Shown: positions 49,737 to 59,887, counted from the first letter of the stretch. The stretch: DNA of 64,000 nt from an uncultured Cohaesibacter sp. (GCA_963676965.2 CAXXSO010000032.1:34199-98198), one strand, 5' to 3'. A program made the numbers and translations. Notes: generated by a model from the sequence alone, not told the origin.

Positions 49737-52700
49737 TTAAGCCCGGCCAGCCACATATTCTTCTTCGATCATTTTCTGCACCGAAACAAAATCCACCTTG
49801 CCCGTACCCAGAACCGGCACGGTGCGAACAATGATTTCCGCAGGCACAAGCAATTCGGTCGCCCCTTGCGATTTGGCAAAGGCGGCGAAATCCGGACGGT
49901 TGGCATCTGGATTATCGGTGACCATGACCACCCGTTCCCCACGTTTGGGATCGGGGATGCGGGCCGTAGCAGACAGAAAGCCCGGCCACAACTGGTCGGC
50001 CAGCGTCTCGATCGCCGCCATGGATACCTTTTCGCCAGCAATTTCCACAAACCGCTTGGCCCGACCAATGATGGTGATATAGCCATCGTCATCAATGGTA
50101 ACGATGTCACCGGTATCATGCCAGCCATCTTTCGGCGGTTCCAGAACACCGGGATTTTCCGCCCGCATATAACCGGTCATCACGTTGGCCCCGCGGACAA
50201 ACAATTGCCCGCCTTCCTTGACCCCCGGCACCGGCTCGAGCCGGGTTTCAATCCCCGGCAATGCCTTGCCGACCGACCCGGCCTTAAAGAACATTGGCGT
50301 ATTGAGTGCGATGACCGGCGAGGCCTCCGTCACCCCATAGCCTTCCAGAATACGCACCCCAAACCGCTCCATGAACAATGCCCGCGTAGATTCCTTGACC
50401 GGTTCGGCCCCGGCAACGCAATAGCGCACCGAGCGGAAATCGAACGGATGCGCGGTACGCGCATAACCGTTAAGGAACGTATCAGTGCCAAACATGATCG
50501 TCGCATTCGAGCCGTAAAGCAGCTCCGGAATGACCCGATAATGCAGCGGCGAGGGATAGAAATAGACCGGCATGCCACGCACCAGCGGCAAGATCGTACA
50601 AGCCGTCAGGCCGAAGCAATGGAAGATCGGCAGCACATTAAACACGCTATCCTGCAAGCTGAAATCAATCACCGCCCCGGCTTGCGCGGTGTTTGCCAGC
50701 AGATTGCGATGATTGAGCACCACCCCTTTAGGCACCCCTTCCGACCCGGAGGTGAACAGGATCACCGCCGTGTCATCCGGCCCCCGCTCGACAAGTGGCT
50801 TGGCCCGATTGAGAAGGCCGGAAATCTTCTCCATGCTACCAATTCGGCTGCGCAATTCATCGACCCAGACGATCTCAACATCATCTTGCAAAGCCTCGAT
50901 CAGCTCTTCAAGCTTGGCATTCTCGATAAAGGTCCGCGAGGTCATCAAGACATTGACCTCTGCCGTTTTCAGGGCCGAACGAATGCTGGCAACGCCGGAG
51001 GTGAAATTGATCATCGCTGCGATCTTGCCCGCAGACATCAGCCCCAGCAAGACCGCCACCGTGCCATTGGCATTAGGCAGCATCACTGCGATCCGCTCTT
51101 CATGCTCAAAGTCGTGATAGAAGCGATTGCCCAACACCCGCGCACCGGTCAGAAGTCGTCCATAGGAGAGGCGACCAGAGAGCGGATCTTCCAAAGCATG
51201 CCGCCGCATGCCCAGATCGCGCCCCACATTAATAATCGATTTCAACACCGATTGCTCGACATTGGTGGTCCGGTAAACCAGCTCCGACATCAATCGCTGC
51301 AATGCAGCCCCGGCGGCCATCCGCCGCTTGCGACCTTTAAAGCGCTCCGGCACCTCAATCCGCACGGGCTCCAGAATGGTGACCTTGACCTTGGGGAAAA
51401 ACTGCCGCCGCACCTTTTGCGAGCCCATCCGCGAGGTATAGCTGCGTTCCAGACCATCAATGCGGATTGGCACCACCATCGAACCGGTCATGTCAGCGGC
51501 CATCGCAGCCACATCATAGACCTTCATCAGGCCGCCTGTATCGGTAACCCGCGCTTCAGGGAAAATCACCAGAGGCTTGCCGCTCTGGATTGCCTGAATA
51601 AGCTCTTGGGTGGCCACAGGCATTGATGGCTCGAGAATGATATAGTTGCAGAAGCGCAGGAAAGGATGGACCCACCATGCCTTGGCGGTCTTGGCATCAA
51701 TGGCAAAGACCGGCTCATCCTCAGTGATGGCCATGGCGAGCGGCCCGTCAAGAAAACTCACATGGTTGCAGGCAAGGATCGGCGCTTTACCGGCTTTCTC
51801 CAAATTTTCCCGCCCCTCGACTTCCAACCGCGAGAATGTCCGGAACAGGATGCTGACCAGATCCCAAAGGGGATTGGTCGGCAGATAGCGCAGCATCATC
51901 CAGGCCACGACCACATTCAGCATGCCGAGAAAGAACAGGATCTGCGGGATCGACACCCCTTGCGCCTGTGCCAGAGCCAAGGCCCCGCCCGACACGAAGA
52001 TGAAGGCCGCATTCATCACATTCACCGCCGCGATCACCCGCGCCCGGCGGCTTTTCTTGGCCCAGGTCTGCAGTCCGGTGAAGGCAGGCACCACCAGCAG
52101 CGCGCCGCCAATGGCCAATCCTGCCAGATCAATCCCGATGCGGATCGCAGCGGTATGAGTGAAGAAATCCACCAGACCATCAAAGACAATCGGCCCTGAT
52201 AGGTTCGACAGGTTCCATGCCAGCTGGAAGCAGAAAAAGGCAACCATCGCCGCACCAAAGGGCGCAGGCAACAGAACCACCCTACCTGCGCAGAACCAGG
52301 CCGCGATGGCCGAGCCAAAGGCCACCGAAATTGCAAAGACAACCGAATAGATCGTCACCACCATCGGCGTGCCACCCATCACCTGGGTGACGAAGGTCGG
52401 CACCAGAGCAGTGATGACGCCACCCAAAAGCCAGAACCAGGAGACAATCAGGCTCGCTCGCCACAATTTGGCACTATCATAAAGCTCGCCCATCAATTGG
52501 CCGGTCGAAGCCAGAATGTTGCGATTGATCACCAGATCCGGCGCGCTGGAGCCGGTATTGGGAATTTTGCGGCTAATCACCCAACACCCAACCGCAAAGA
52601 TCAGCATCATCGGCCCGAACAGCACGACATCGACCCCACCGGTCGCCACCAGACCGGCCACGATGGTGCCTGCCAGAATGGCAACAAACGTCGCCCCTTC

Positions 52701-53132
52701 CACCCAGGCATTGGCCACCGGCAATTCCCGCCGCGGCAAATGATCGGGAAGGATGCCATATTTGATCGGCCCGAACAAAGCAGACACGATACCAAACAGG
52801 AACAACGCCACCATCGACAGCCAGATCGATCCCAACCCGATACCCAACACCGCCACGACAGCAGCACCGATTTCAGCCAGTTTGAGCTTTTCGGCCATCC
52901 TCCCCTTGTCATTTTTGTCCGCAAGCTCGCCACCAAGCGCCGACAGAATGAGAAATGGGAACATGAAAACGGCCCCGGCGAAAGTCACCAGAGAGCCCGC
53001 TTCTTCACTCGCCACTTTGGCAAGGATCAGAAAGATCAGCGAATAGCGAAGAAAATTGTCATTGAAGGCAGACAGAAACTGGGTCCAGAAAAGGGGCGCG
53101 AACCGTTTCGATCTCATCATATGCGGGCGCAT
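49737..53132 (-). CDS. aas: Acyl-[ACP]--phospholipid O-acyltransferase (LplT-like MFS + acyltransferase + acyl-ACP synthetase fusion)
   Basis: N-terminal MFS (SAFNDN, FGPIKY), NHVSFLD, FPE, FTSGSEGVPKG, GYGVTE and WHDTGD. Confidence 0.9.
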   Translation of the reverse strand: MRPHMMRSKRFAPLFWTQFLSAFNDNFLRYSLIFLILAKVASEEAGSLVTFAGAVFMFPFLILSALGGELADKNDKGRMAEKLKLAEIGAAVVAVLGIGLGSIWLSMVALFLFGIVSALFGPIKYGILPDHLPRRELPVANAWVEGATFVAILAGTIVAGLVATGGVDVVLFGPMMLIFAVGCWVISRKIPNTGSSAPDLVINRNILASTGQLMGELYDSAKLWRASLIVSWFWLLGGVITALVPTFVTQVMGGTPMVVTIYSVVFAISVAFGSAIAAWFCAGRVVLLPAPFGAAMVAFFCFQLAWNLSNLSGPIVFDGLVDFFTHTAAIRIGIDLAGLAIGGALLVVPAFTGLQTWAKKSRRARVIAAVNVMNAAFIFVSGGALALAQAQGVSIPQILFFLGMLNVVVAWMMLRYLPTNPLWDLVSILFRTFSRLEVEGRENLEKAGKAPILACNHVSFLDGPLAMAITEDEPVFAIDAKTAKAWWVHPFLRFCNYIILEPSMPVATQELIQAIQSGKPLVIFPEARVTDTGGLMKVYDVAAMAADMTGSMVVPIRIDGLERSYTSRMGSQKVRRQFFPKVKVTILEPVRIEVPERFKGRKRRMAAGAALQRLMSELVYRTTNVEQSVLKSIINVGRDLGMRRHALEDPLSGRLSYGRLLTGARVLGNRFYHDFEHEERIAVMLPNANGTVAVLLGLMSAGKIAAMINFTSGVASIRSALKTAEVNVLMTSRTFIENAKLEELIEALQDDVEIVWVDELRSRIGSMEKISGLLNRAKPLVERGPDDTAVILFTSGSEGVPKGVVLNHRNLLANTAQAGAVIDFSLQDSVFNVLPIFHCFGLTACTILPLVRGMPVYFYPSPLHYRVIPELLYGSNATIMFGTDTFLNGYARTAHPFDFRSVRYCVAGAEPVKESTRALFMERFGVRILEGYGVTEASPVIALNTPMFFKAGSVGKALPGIETRLEPVPGVKEGGQLFVRGANVMTGYMRAENPGVLEPPKDGWHDTGDIVTIDDDGYITIIGRAKRFVEIAGEKVSMAAIETLADQLWPGFLSATARIPDPKRGERVVMVTDNPDANRPDFAAFAKSQGATELLVPAEIIVRTVPVLGTGKVDFVSVQKMIEEEYVAGRA

Positions 53133-53607
53133 GAACGGGCTTTCTTTTTTTGTTGCTTTGGCGTCAGTGCTGGATCAGCGACAGACTGCCAAAAACCAAA
53201 AAAGCATGTCAGACCCGGCGCTCTTTGCAGGCAGCAGGAATGTGGGCATGCCATCAATCACGCTCGCACGAATCTCCCAACCAGAAGGATAGATATCGGG
53301 CTCCATCGGCAGCGAGCGTGAACCGAAAAGTAGCCTATTTTTTAAGGGACTAAAACCGAGAAGAAATTGATCAAAAGCAGATTGCGCGATGATTCACAGC
53401 CGGTTTGGCTAAAAAATGAACAGTGGTGATCAACTTGCCTTCGCGTCCCCAAGGACAGGTTACATTCGAATACAATTTGATACCAAACATCACTGGAAAA
53501 CCCCGCGTCCAAGAGACTAGCATGAGGACATACCAAATTCTGCATCAAGCCCGATCCAATCCACCGATTGCCCCTTAATGCCCGCAGTCCAGAACGGAAA
53601 TCAGAAA

Positions 53608-54261
53608 ATGCCGACCCCCTCTCCAGTCCAATCCAGTCCGGCCTCGTCTTCACCGGTCAAACGCGTTTTCAATTCACCCTATTTCTTCTGGCTCATCCTG
53701 GCACTTCCATCCTTTGGGATGATCTCCGGAGCGTTGCAGGGCAACGATTTGCATCGTCTGCTTCACCCAACCGGAGAGTTTGCGACCCGTTTCATGATCA
53801 TCTGCATGATGCTGACACCGCTGAAAATGCTGTTCCCGAAAGCTGGCTGGATCCGTTGGCTGGCGCGCCGCCGCCGCTATCTTGGCGTGGCTGCCTTTGG
53901 CTATGCTGCGCTTCACACCCTCTATTATGTTGTCGATTTGGGCAGTCTGTCTGCGGTGATGGCAGACATCACAAAATTGAGCATCTGGACCGGCTGGCTG
54001 GCCTTCCTCATTTTCGTGCCGCTGGCTCTCACGTCCAACGATCTGTCCATTCGCGGCATGGGTCCGCGCACTTGGAAAATCCTCCAGCGCACCGTCTATG
54101 TCGCGGCTATCGCCACGTTCGCCCACTGGGTTTTTCTCGAATATCACTTCGGCCCGGCTCTGGTCCACTTCGTGCCACTGGCATTGCTGGAAGGCTACCG
54201 CATCTGGAAGAACATCTTTTCGGGACCAGCCACCCGGACAGGCCAAAGCGCGCACGCCTGA
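53608..54261 (+). CDS. MsrQ/YedZ-like ferric-reductase transmembrane heme-b protein
   Basis: TGEFA, LTP, RRYLGVAAFGYAALH, LALTSND and WKILQRTVY....AH. Start could be 53578 or 53608. Confidence 0.85.
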   Translation: MPTPSPVQSSPASSSPVKRVFNSPYFFWLILALPSFGMISGALQGNDLHRLLHPTGEFATRFMIICMMLTPLKMLFPKAGWIRWLARRRRYLGVAAFGYAALHTLYYVVDLGSLSAVMADITKLSIWTGWLAFLIFVPLALTSNDLSIRGMGPRTWKILQRTVYVAAIATFAHWVFLEYHFGPALVHFVPLALLEGYRIWKNIFSGPATRTGQSAHA

Positions 54262-54286
54262 CCATCCATCACGAGCACAAGCGGTG

Positions 54287-55927
54287 TCACTTTTGTGCAG
54301 CTGCTTGTGCTGGCAGCCAGACATCGGCGGTGGATTTACCCCGCGTGATCCGCGCATGCTGATTGGCAAACAGACGGATCCATGGGCTCCACTCCCCATC
54401 GGGCCACTGAACCCTGGCGATGGCGCGCTCTGCCACTCCAATGCCGAAATGATGCCACCCGGCCTTGCCGCCAGCATGACCACCACCAATGGTCACTTCC
54501 CGGCTTTGGGTCCGGTCAGCAATCCGCACCTCCAAAAACGACCCTATCGCCTCGCGATTGGAGCCAGCTTGTTGCAGCTGCAGCGCAACCCAATTGCCCA
54601 TCGGTGCGGCCTTGTCGTCCTTCTTGACCTCATCCTTGATCTCGACCTGCCCCATATTGCGCCAGATTTGGGCATTGACCTTGCGGTTGACCACCACACT
54701 GTCGAGCAGGCCATCAAGATTGAGATCAACCAGCGCCCCCCCGCGACCGCGAGCAAAGCTCAACATGTTGGCCTTGTCAGCGGCTTCCTCGAAGGTGCCA
54801 TCGGGCATGCCAAGCAACAGGCTGTTTGGATCTTCCATGGCAAAATCCGTCATCGCCTCGACATTGCCTTTGGTGACGAACAGATCAATGAAGCTGTCAT
54901 TGTTGATGTCATCAAATTGCGCATGCCATGACGTGGACGGATTGACATTATCCCCGACGAAGGGACGATGAGCCGTAATGCCCCGTTGAAATGCCCCATC
55001 CTCAAAGTCCGGCTCACCGCGACGCGAGGTCAGGATCTGAAGCTTGTTGTCGGCCATCGAGGTGATGTAATAATCCGGTCGCCCGTCACCCGTCAGGTCC
55101 GTCGAGGCAATGCCCATGCCCCAGACCCGCAAACGCCGCCAGCCATCGCCAGAGCGATATTCCTTGGGCTCTTCTCCCGCCCGGATCTTCCACAATTGCT
55201 CATGACCACCGCGATAATATTGCCGATCATTGGCAACCCGCAGATCCGGATGGCCGGACCGGTCCCAGTCCGTGAACATCATAGACAAGGCACAATAACC
55301 CGGTTTCAGGCTCTCATGCCGATAGCCGCCCGATCCATCGGGACGGAAAAAATCAGTATCGTGACAGGTACCAAAGGGGGCACCCGGTTGGTCGCGATCC
55401 ACATAATTGCCAATCGCCAGCGTCGGCAAGCTTTGTCCTTCTTCCCACATGGCCGCAAAGGCCGTAGACCACGCCTGACCACCATCAAACGACCAGCGTT
55501 TGTTGGCGTCTTCAAACTGGCAATTACCAAGACCGCGAAACAGCTTATTTTCGCCGACACGCAGGACCAAAAGGTCCTGAATGCCGTCGCTATCGATATC
55601 AAGGGGATAGGCCCCGCTGACCGCTTCTATGGCCAGGGGGCTATCCGACTTTTTTTCGAAAGACAGAGCTCCGCCCAGTGTGCTGCGATTGACATAAAGG
55701 GCTGCTGGATCAGCCCCCCCTGCCAGATAGAGCTCCGGATAACGGTCGCCATTGCAATCAAAGGCCGCAACGCCACCGCCAACAAAATATTCCCAGCCGC
55801 CATTGTAGCTGTGCTCAACTCCGGATGTCTCCGTCACTTCAACCATATGAGGCGCTTCTACTGCCAGTGCATGGGACGCAAACACGCCGATGACACCGGC
55901 GGATATAGCATAGATAATCGCTCTCAT
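54287..55927 (-). CDS. Secreted CRTAC1-family protein (FG-GAP/VCBS repeats plus ASPIC-UnbV domain)
   Basis: Signal peptide; six DxxxDG-type loops (DCNGDRYPEL, DIDSDGIQDL, DWDRSGHPDL, DLTGDGRPDY, DINNDSFIDL, DLNLDGLLD); C-terminal HFGIG...VQWPDG. Confidence 0.88.
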   Translation of the reverse strand: MRAIIYAISAGVIGVFASHALAVEAPHMVEVTETSGVEHSYNGGWEYFVGGGVAAFDCNGDRYPELYLAGGADPAALYVNRSTLGGALSFEKKSDSPLAIEAVSGAYPLDIDSDGIQDLLVLRVGENKLFRGLGNCQFEDANKRWSFDGGQAWSTAFAAMWEEGQSLPTLAIGNYVDRDQPGAPFGTCHDTDFFRPDGSGGYRHESLKPGYCALSMMFTDWDRSGHPDLRVANDRQYYRGGHEQLWKIRAGEEPKEYRSGDGWRRLRVWGMGIASTDLTGDGRPDYYITSMADNKLQILTSRRGEPDFEDGAFQRGITAHRPFVGDNVNPSTSWHAQFDDINNDSFIDLFVTKGNVEAMTDFAMEDPNSLLLGMPDGTFEEAADKANMLSFARGRGGALVDLNLDGLLDSVVVNRKVNAQIWRNMGQVEIKDEVKKDDKAAPMGNWVALQLQQAGSNREAIGSFLEVRIADRTQSREVTIGGGHAGGKAGWHHFGIGVAERAIARVQWPDGEWSPWIRLFANQHARITRGKSTADVWLPAQAAAQK

Positions 55928-57411
55928 TGCTGTATCTCCGTGGCTAGAGTAAGGGTAAGGGATTGTAGATATTGTATTATTTTACGCTGTTCTAGATCTG
56001 ACAACGCTTCGAATGCCAGCCGTGCCTCCTTTGCTTCTCCACCGTGATGCAAAATCACTTCGCGAAGCGTAGAGACGTCGCCACGATGGCCATAGGGGGC
56101 CGTGCTGCCCACACCCCAAAGGCGGGGTGTGAGAAATTGGTCATTCGGAATGAAACGCTGTGAAAGGCGTTCATTGCCAAAATGACTTTTCTCGGCATCG
56201 GCGATTACATGGCGCTTGAAGTCTGAGAAGACCGGCACCATCCACTCACCCTTCTCATTTTGCTCCAATCCTGCCGAGGACAATTGGAACGAGAAGACGG
56301 CATCAGAGCGATCAGACGCCCTGAGATTGCCCGCTGCATTATAGGGTCCGGGTTCCACGAATGTCAGCGACTTGAGCGGCAAGGCCTTCACATGGCATTG
56401 CGAACAAAGCGCCTGATCAAACAGATCGGATCCCTCTTTCACCGCGTCCTGCAACACAGGATGCTTGGGCAATGTCTGGACAGGCGTCGGCAAAGACGCC
56501 TGAAACAGCACCACAGCGGTCAGGTCACCAGACAGCAATTCCTGCTTGTAACCATCTTCATCAAAATCATCGGAATGGGTCCATTGCATCCCCCAGCGCT
56601 CATCGCTCTGCATGCCATGATGGGTGTTCATCGCATTGATGCTGAACTGGCGCAGAGAAGTGAAGACCCCTTTCTGGCTGAAGGGCCGCACGATCAAATC
56701 ATGATCGATACCCTTGATCTGGTCGATCATGATGAACCCGTCCGGCTCGACAGTCAGCGAGCCGAAATCGACACCTTTGGTGACCAGATGTACAGTGACC
56801 TTTTGACCGCTTGTCCGCGCCTGATCAACCGCATCACGGCGCAAGGCATACAGATCGGCGGTCATTTCGCGGGCCAGCAACTCCACAAGGCCGGAGCCAT
56901 GCAAATGGGGCGTGCCGCGCTCATTGGAAAATTGGGCTTCAAGCGTATCAAATTCGGCGTCAGACACCCCTTCGGAAGTGAAGGCATTGGCGACAAATTC
57001 ACCTGCCCCACCAGACGAAGGCTGATTGTGGCAGCCATTGCAGCCATTGGAATCCGGTCCTGAAGTCCGGAAATGCGCCGGCATCCGACCGGGTCGACGC
57101 TTGACCGGCACTTCCGCCTGTGTCGCCCCGGGGCGCCCTGCCCCGTCTAGTGTGGTGAATTTGGCATCGAAAAGCATCCGCCCGTGGGCATTGATCGCCT
57201 CAATGGACATGGTTGCAAGGTCAGGCAGATCAAGATGTTGACGCACCGCGCGTTCATCACCGATCACCGGAGACGCATCAGCCCCCGCAGCGGCGGAACC
57301 GACCGCGGCCATCCCGGCTAGGGCAAAAGATGCAAAGCACAAGACAGCGCGATGCAAGGGTTGCAGCCAACCTGCTCGCATAAATTTCCTCCCGATACAC
57401 ACCTTGGTCAT
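55924..57411 (-). CDS. Secreted di-heme oxidoreductase (DHOR, cytochrome c peroxidase/MauG superfamily)
   Basis: Signal-like N-terminus; CNGCH (57028-57042) and CSQCH (56392-56406); TPRLWGVGSTAPYGHRG...HGGEA C-terminal signature; GGAGG RBS. Confidence 0.85.
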   Translation of the reverse strand: MTKVCIGRKFMRAGWLQPLHRAVLCFASFALAGMAAVGSAAAGADASPVIGDERAVRQHLDLPDLATMSIEAINAHGRMLFDAKFTTLDGAGRPGATQAEVPVKRRPGRMPAHFRTSGPDSNGCNGCHNQPSSGGAGEFVANAFTSEGVSDAEFDTLEAQFSNERGTPHLHGSGLVELLAREMTADLYALRRDAVDQARTSGQKVTVHLVTKGVDFGSLTVEPDGFIMIDQIKGIDHDLIVRPFSQKGVFTSLRQFSINAMNTHHGMQSDERWGMQWTHSDDFDEDGYKQELLSGDLTAVVLFQASLPTPVQTLPKHPVLQDAVKEGSDLFDQALCSQCHVKALPLKSLTFVEPGPYNAAGNLRASDRSDAVFSFQLSSAGLEQNEKGEWMVPVFSDFKRHVIADAEKSHFGNERLSQRFIPNDQFLTPRLWGVGSTAPYGHRGDVSTLREVILHHGGEAKEARLAFEALSDLEQRKIIQYLQSLTLTLATEIQQ

Positions 57412-57545
57412 GCCCCCTCCTCAGGGTTTCGACAAAGCCAGCGTCTGTTATTTTTATCTTTGACGTAAACTGGCGAACCAAGATGTATGTTAACGTAAGC
57501 TGCCACAAACGGAAGCTCTACTTAGAGATGGGTCACGTACCATTG

Positions 57546-57589
57546 AAAAGGGACCCGATGTGACTATTCAGCATAGCACACCGGGTCCC
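57546..57589 (-). terminator. Probable terminator of the xylFHG operon
   Basis: GGGACCCG...CGGGTCCC extended stem followed by TTTT on the minus strand, just downstream of the xylG stop. Confidence 0.65.
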
Positions 57590-57612
57590 AGATTGTACTT
57601 ATTATCTTGGAT

Positions 57613-58392
57613 TTATATGGTTTCACCCGTATGCGGATGTTTGCCCAGAATAATCATTCCAAGAATATCATCCTCGGTCACCTCATCGACCTTAACGGTG
57701 CCTACAAGCTTGCCATTCTTCATAACTGACGCACGATCACACAGCGCTTTGACCGCGTGAATATCATGATCAATAAGGAAAATTCCCAAGCCCTGAGACT
57801 TCAATTCCTGAATGAGGTCGGCCACCATCTTGGTTTCCTCGACACCGAGTGCTGCAGTCGGCTCATCCATAATCAGGATTTTGGCATTGAAATAAACGGC
57901 GCGACTGATCGCGACACTTTGACGCTGCCCGCCAGACAAGGCGGACACAGGCGAGGAAAAACGCTGGAAATTGGGATTGAGGCGCCCCATGATTTTCCGG
58001 GTTTCCGCTTCCATTTGTGCATCATCAACCAACCCCATACTGTTCACCAGCTCACGGCCAAGGAACATATTTGAGGCAGAATCGAGATTGTCCGCCAGCG
58101 CCAGCGTCTGATAGATGGTCTCGATATTGTAATTGCGCGCATCACGCGGATTGTTGATCTCGACCAATTCGCCGTTGACGAAAATGTCGCCGCTATTCTT
58201 TTTGTAAGCACCGGAGAGCATTTTCATCAGACAGGACTTGCCCGCCCCATTGTGCCCCAACACCCCGACCACTTCACCGGGATACAGGTCGACCGTCACG
58301 TCATCGACAGCGTTGATGCCGCCGAAAGACAGATTCATGTTGCGCATTTCAACGAGCGGCGTGCCGCGATCAGCTTGTGCAGAATTTGGCAT
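57613..58392 (-). CDS. xylG: Xylose ABC ATP-binding protein (single NBD)
   Basis: GHNGAGKS, LSGGQRQ and MDEPTAALG; xyl context. Confidence 0.8.
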   Translation of the reverse strand: MPNSAQADRGTPLVEMRNMNLSFGGINAVDDVTVDLYPGEVVGVLGHNGAGKSCLMKMLSGAYKKNSGDIFVNGELVEINNPRDARNYNIETIYQTLALADNLDSASNMFLGRELVNSMGLVDDAQMEAETRKIMGRLNPNFQRFSSPVSALSGGQRQSVAISRAVYFNAKILIMDEPTAALGVEETKMVADLIQELKSQGLGIFLIDHDIHAVKALCDRASVMKNGKLVGTVKVDEVTEDDILGMIILGKHPHTGETI

Positions 58393-58395
58393 CGA

Positions 58396-59697
58396 TCAGT
58401 CTCCCGTTCTCTTGCGATAGACAATGTCGACATAGACAGCCAGAACCAGCACGATACCGACGACAATATTCTGATAAGGCGCCTCAACACCAACCATTGC
58501 CATGCCCGATTGCAAAGACTGCATGATCAGAGCCCCTAAAATGGCACCATAGATCGTACCGACACCACCGGCCAGAGCCGTGCCGCCAATGACTGCGGCC
58601 GCAATGACCCGCAATTCATCAAGCGTCCCGATATCGTTGGAATGGAAGTTGAGGCGAGCAGAAGCAACCACCGCGGAAATGGCGCAAAGCACCCCAACCA
58701 TGGCGAAGATCTTGACCGTCAGCAGGCGGGTATTGATGCCCGACAGGGCAGCAGCTTCCGGGTTACCACCCGTAGCAAAAATGTAACGTCCCAGACGAGT
58801 ACGCTGCGCAATCACCGTCATGATGGTCGCCACCAAAATCAACACCAGCACAGAGTAAGGCACACCATAGCCTTCGGTGTAGCCCTCAGGCATCACTTCA
58901 CCCCGTGCCGTAAACAGGCGCTTCAAACGACCAATAGGCACATCATAGGAATTGAGCATCCAGACCAAACCGAGAATCGCACCAACCATGATGCCCCCGA
59001 TGATCAATTCAGCCCAGACCGGCTTGACCGGGAAGTCATGAGAGATCTTGTTGCGCCGCGCCCCGATCAAGAGATAGACGACGAAAGCCGCCACCAGCAA
59101 ACCAAGCACCCAGCTGCCCGTTTCACCCAGCGTGCCTTCGATACCACCCAGAGACACAAAGGTCGGGTCAAGCGGCCCGATAGTCTGCCCATCGGTCAGG
59201 TGCCAGGCAACGTTGCGCCAGACAAACAGACCGCCAAGCGTCACGATAAAGGCCGGAATGGTCAGGTAGCCGATCAGCCAGCCGTGGAACGAGCCAATCA
59301 GAGCCCCCACCGCAAGACCGACAAGTATGGCAATCGGTGCGATCGCAAGGGAACCGAGCTCCAGCCCGAACCAGTGAGGCAGAATTGCAGTCTGAACCAT
59401 GGCCATAACCGCCGAACAGGTTGCAAGCAATGCGCCCACCGACAGATCGATATGCCGTGTTACGATCACAAACACCATACCGGTCGCCATGATGGCGACA
59501 GACACCGTCTGGATCGTCAGATTGAAAATGTTGCGAGGAGTTAGAAAACGACCGCCAGTCCAGAAATCAAACACGATACAAATGATGACAAACGCACCGA
59601 TCATGCCGAGCAGTCGGGTGTCAATTTCCATTGTATCAAGGAGTGTTTTCCGCGCTTGTTTTGGCAGGCCGCGATTGGAAGTCACGCTATCGCCCAT
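58396..59697 (-). CDS. xylH: Xylose ABC permease
   Basis: HIDLSVG, IPAFIVTLGG and ELRVIAAAVIGG; start at 59697 after GGAG. Confidence 0.85.
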   Translation of the reverse strand: MGDSVTSNRGLPKQARKTLLDTMEIDTRLLGMIGAFVIICIVFDFWTGGRFLTPRNIFNLTIQTVSVAIMATGMVFVIVTRHIDLSVGALLATCSAVMAMVQTAILPHWFGLELGSLAIAPIAILVGLAVGALIGSFHGWLIGYLTIPAFIVTLGGLFVWRNVAWHLTDGQTIGPLDPTFVSLGGIEGTLGETGSWVLGLLVAAFVVYLLIGARRNKISHDFPVKPVWAELIIGGIMVGAILGLVWMLNSYDVPIGRLKRLFTARGEVMPEGYTEGYGVPYSVLVLILVATIMTVIAQRTRLGRYIFATGGNPEAAALSGINTRLLTVKIFAMVGVLCAISAVVASARLNFHSNDIGTLDELRVIAAAVIGGTALAGGVGTIYGAILGALIMQSLQSGMAMVGVEAPYQNIVVGIVLVLAVYVDIVYRKRTGD

Positions 59698-59887
59698 GTG
59701 CTGCTCTCCAGCATGCAAGTTATCATTACCTCCGCCGCGCAAGGCGGAAGCTGATGGTCAATGCTTGATTGTTATCGCTTATTATGGTCCCGCTTCCAAC
59801 CCGTGGCCAAGAGGCCACCGGATCATTGCGGATATTAGAACCAAAGCATTGAACGGCCACCTGAGTTTTGGGGTGACCGCTAGTCGC

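Noticed and set aside
49866-51626. Long 586-aa plus-strand ORF, and similar long antisense ORFs (2925..4424, 32440..33732, 36729..37913, 54968..56047)
   Set aside because: Each lies opposite a well-supported gene and has no recognisable motifs. Long stop-free antisense frames are common in GC-rich coding DNA.
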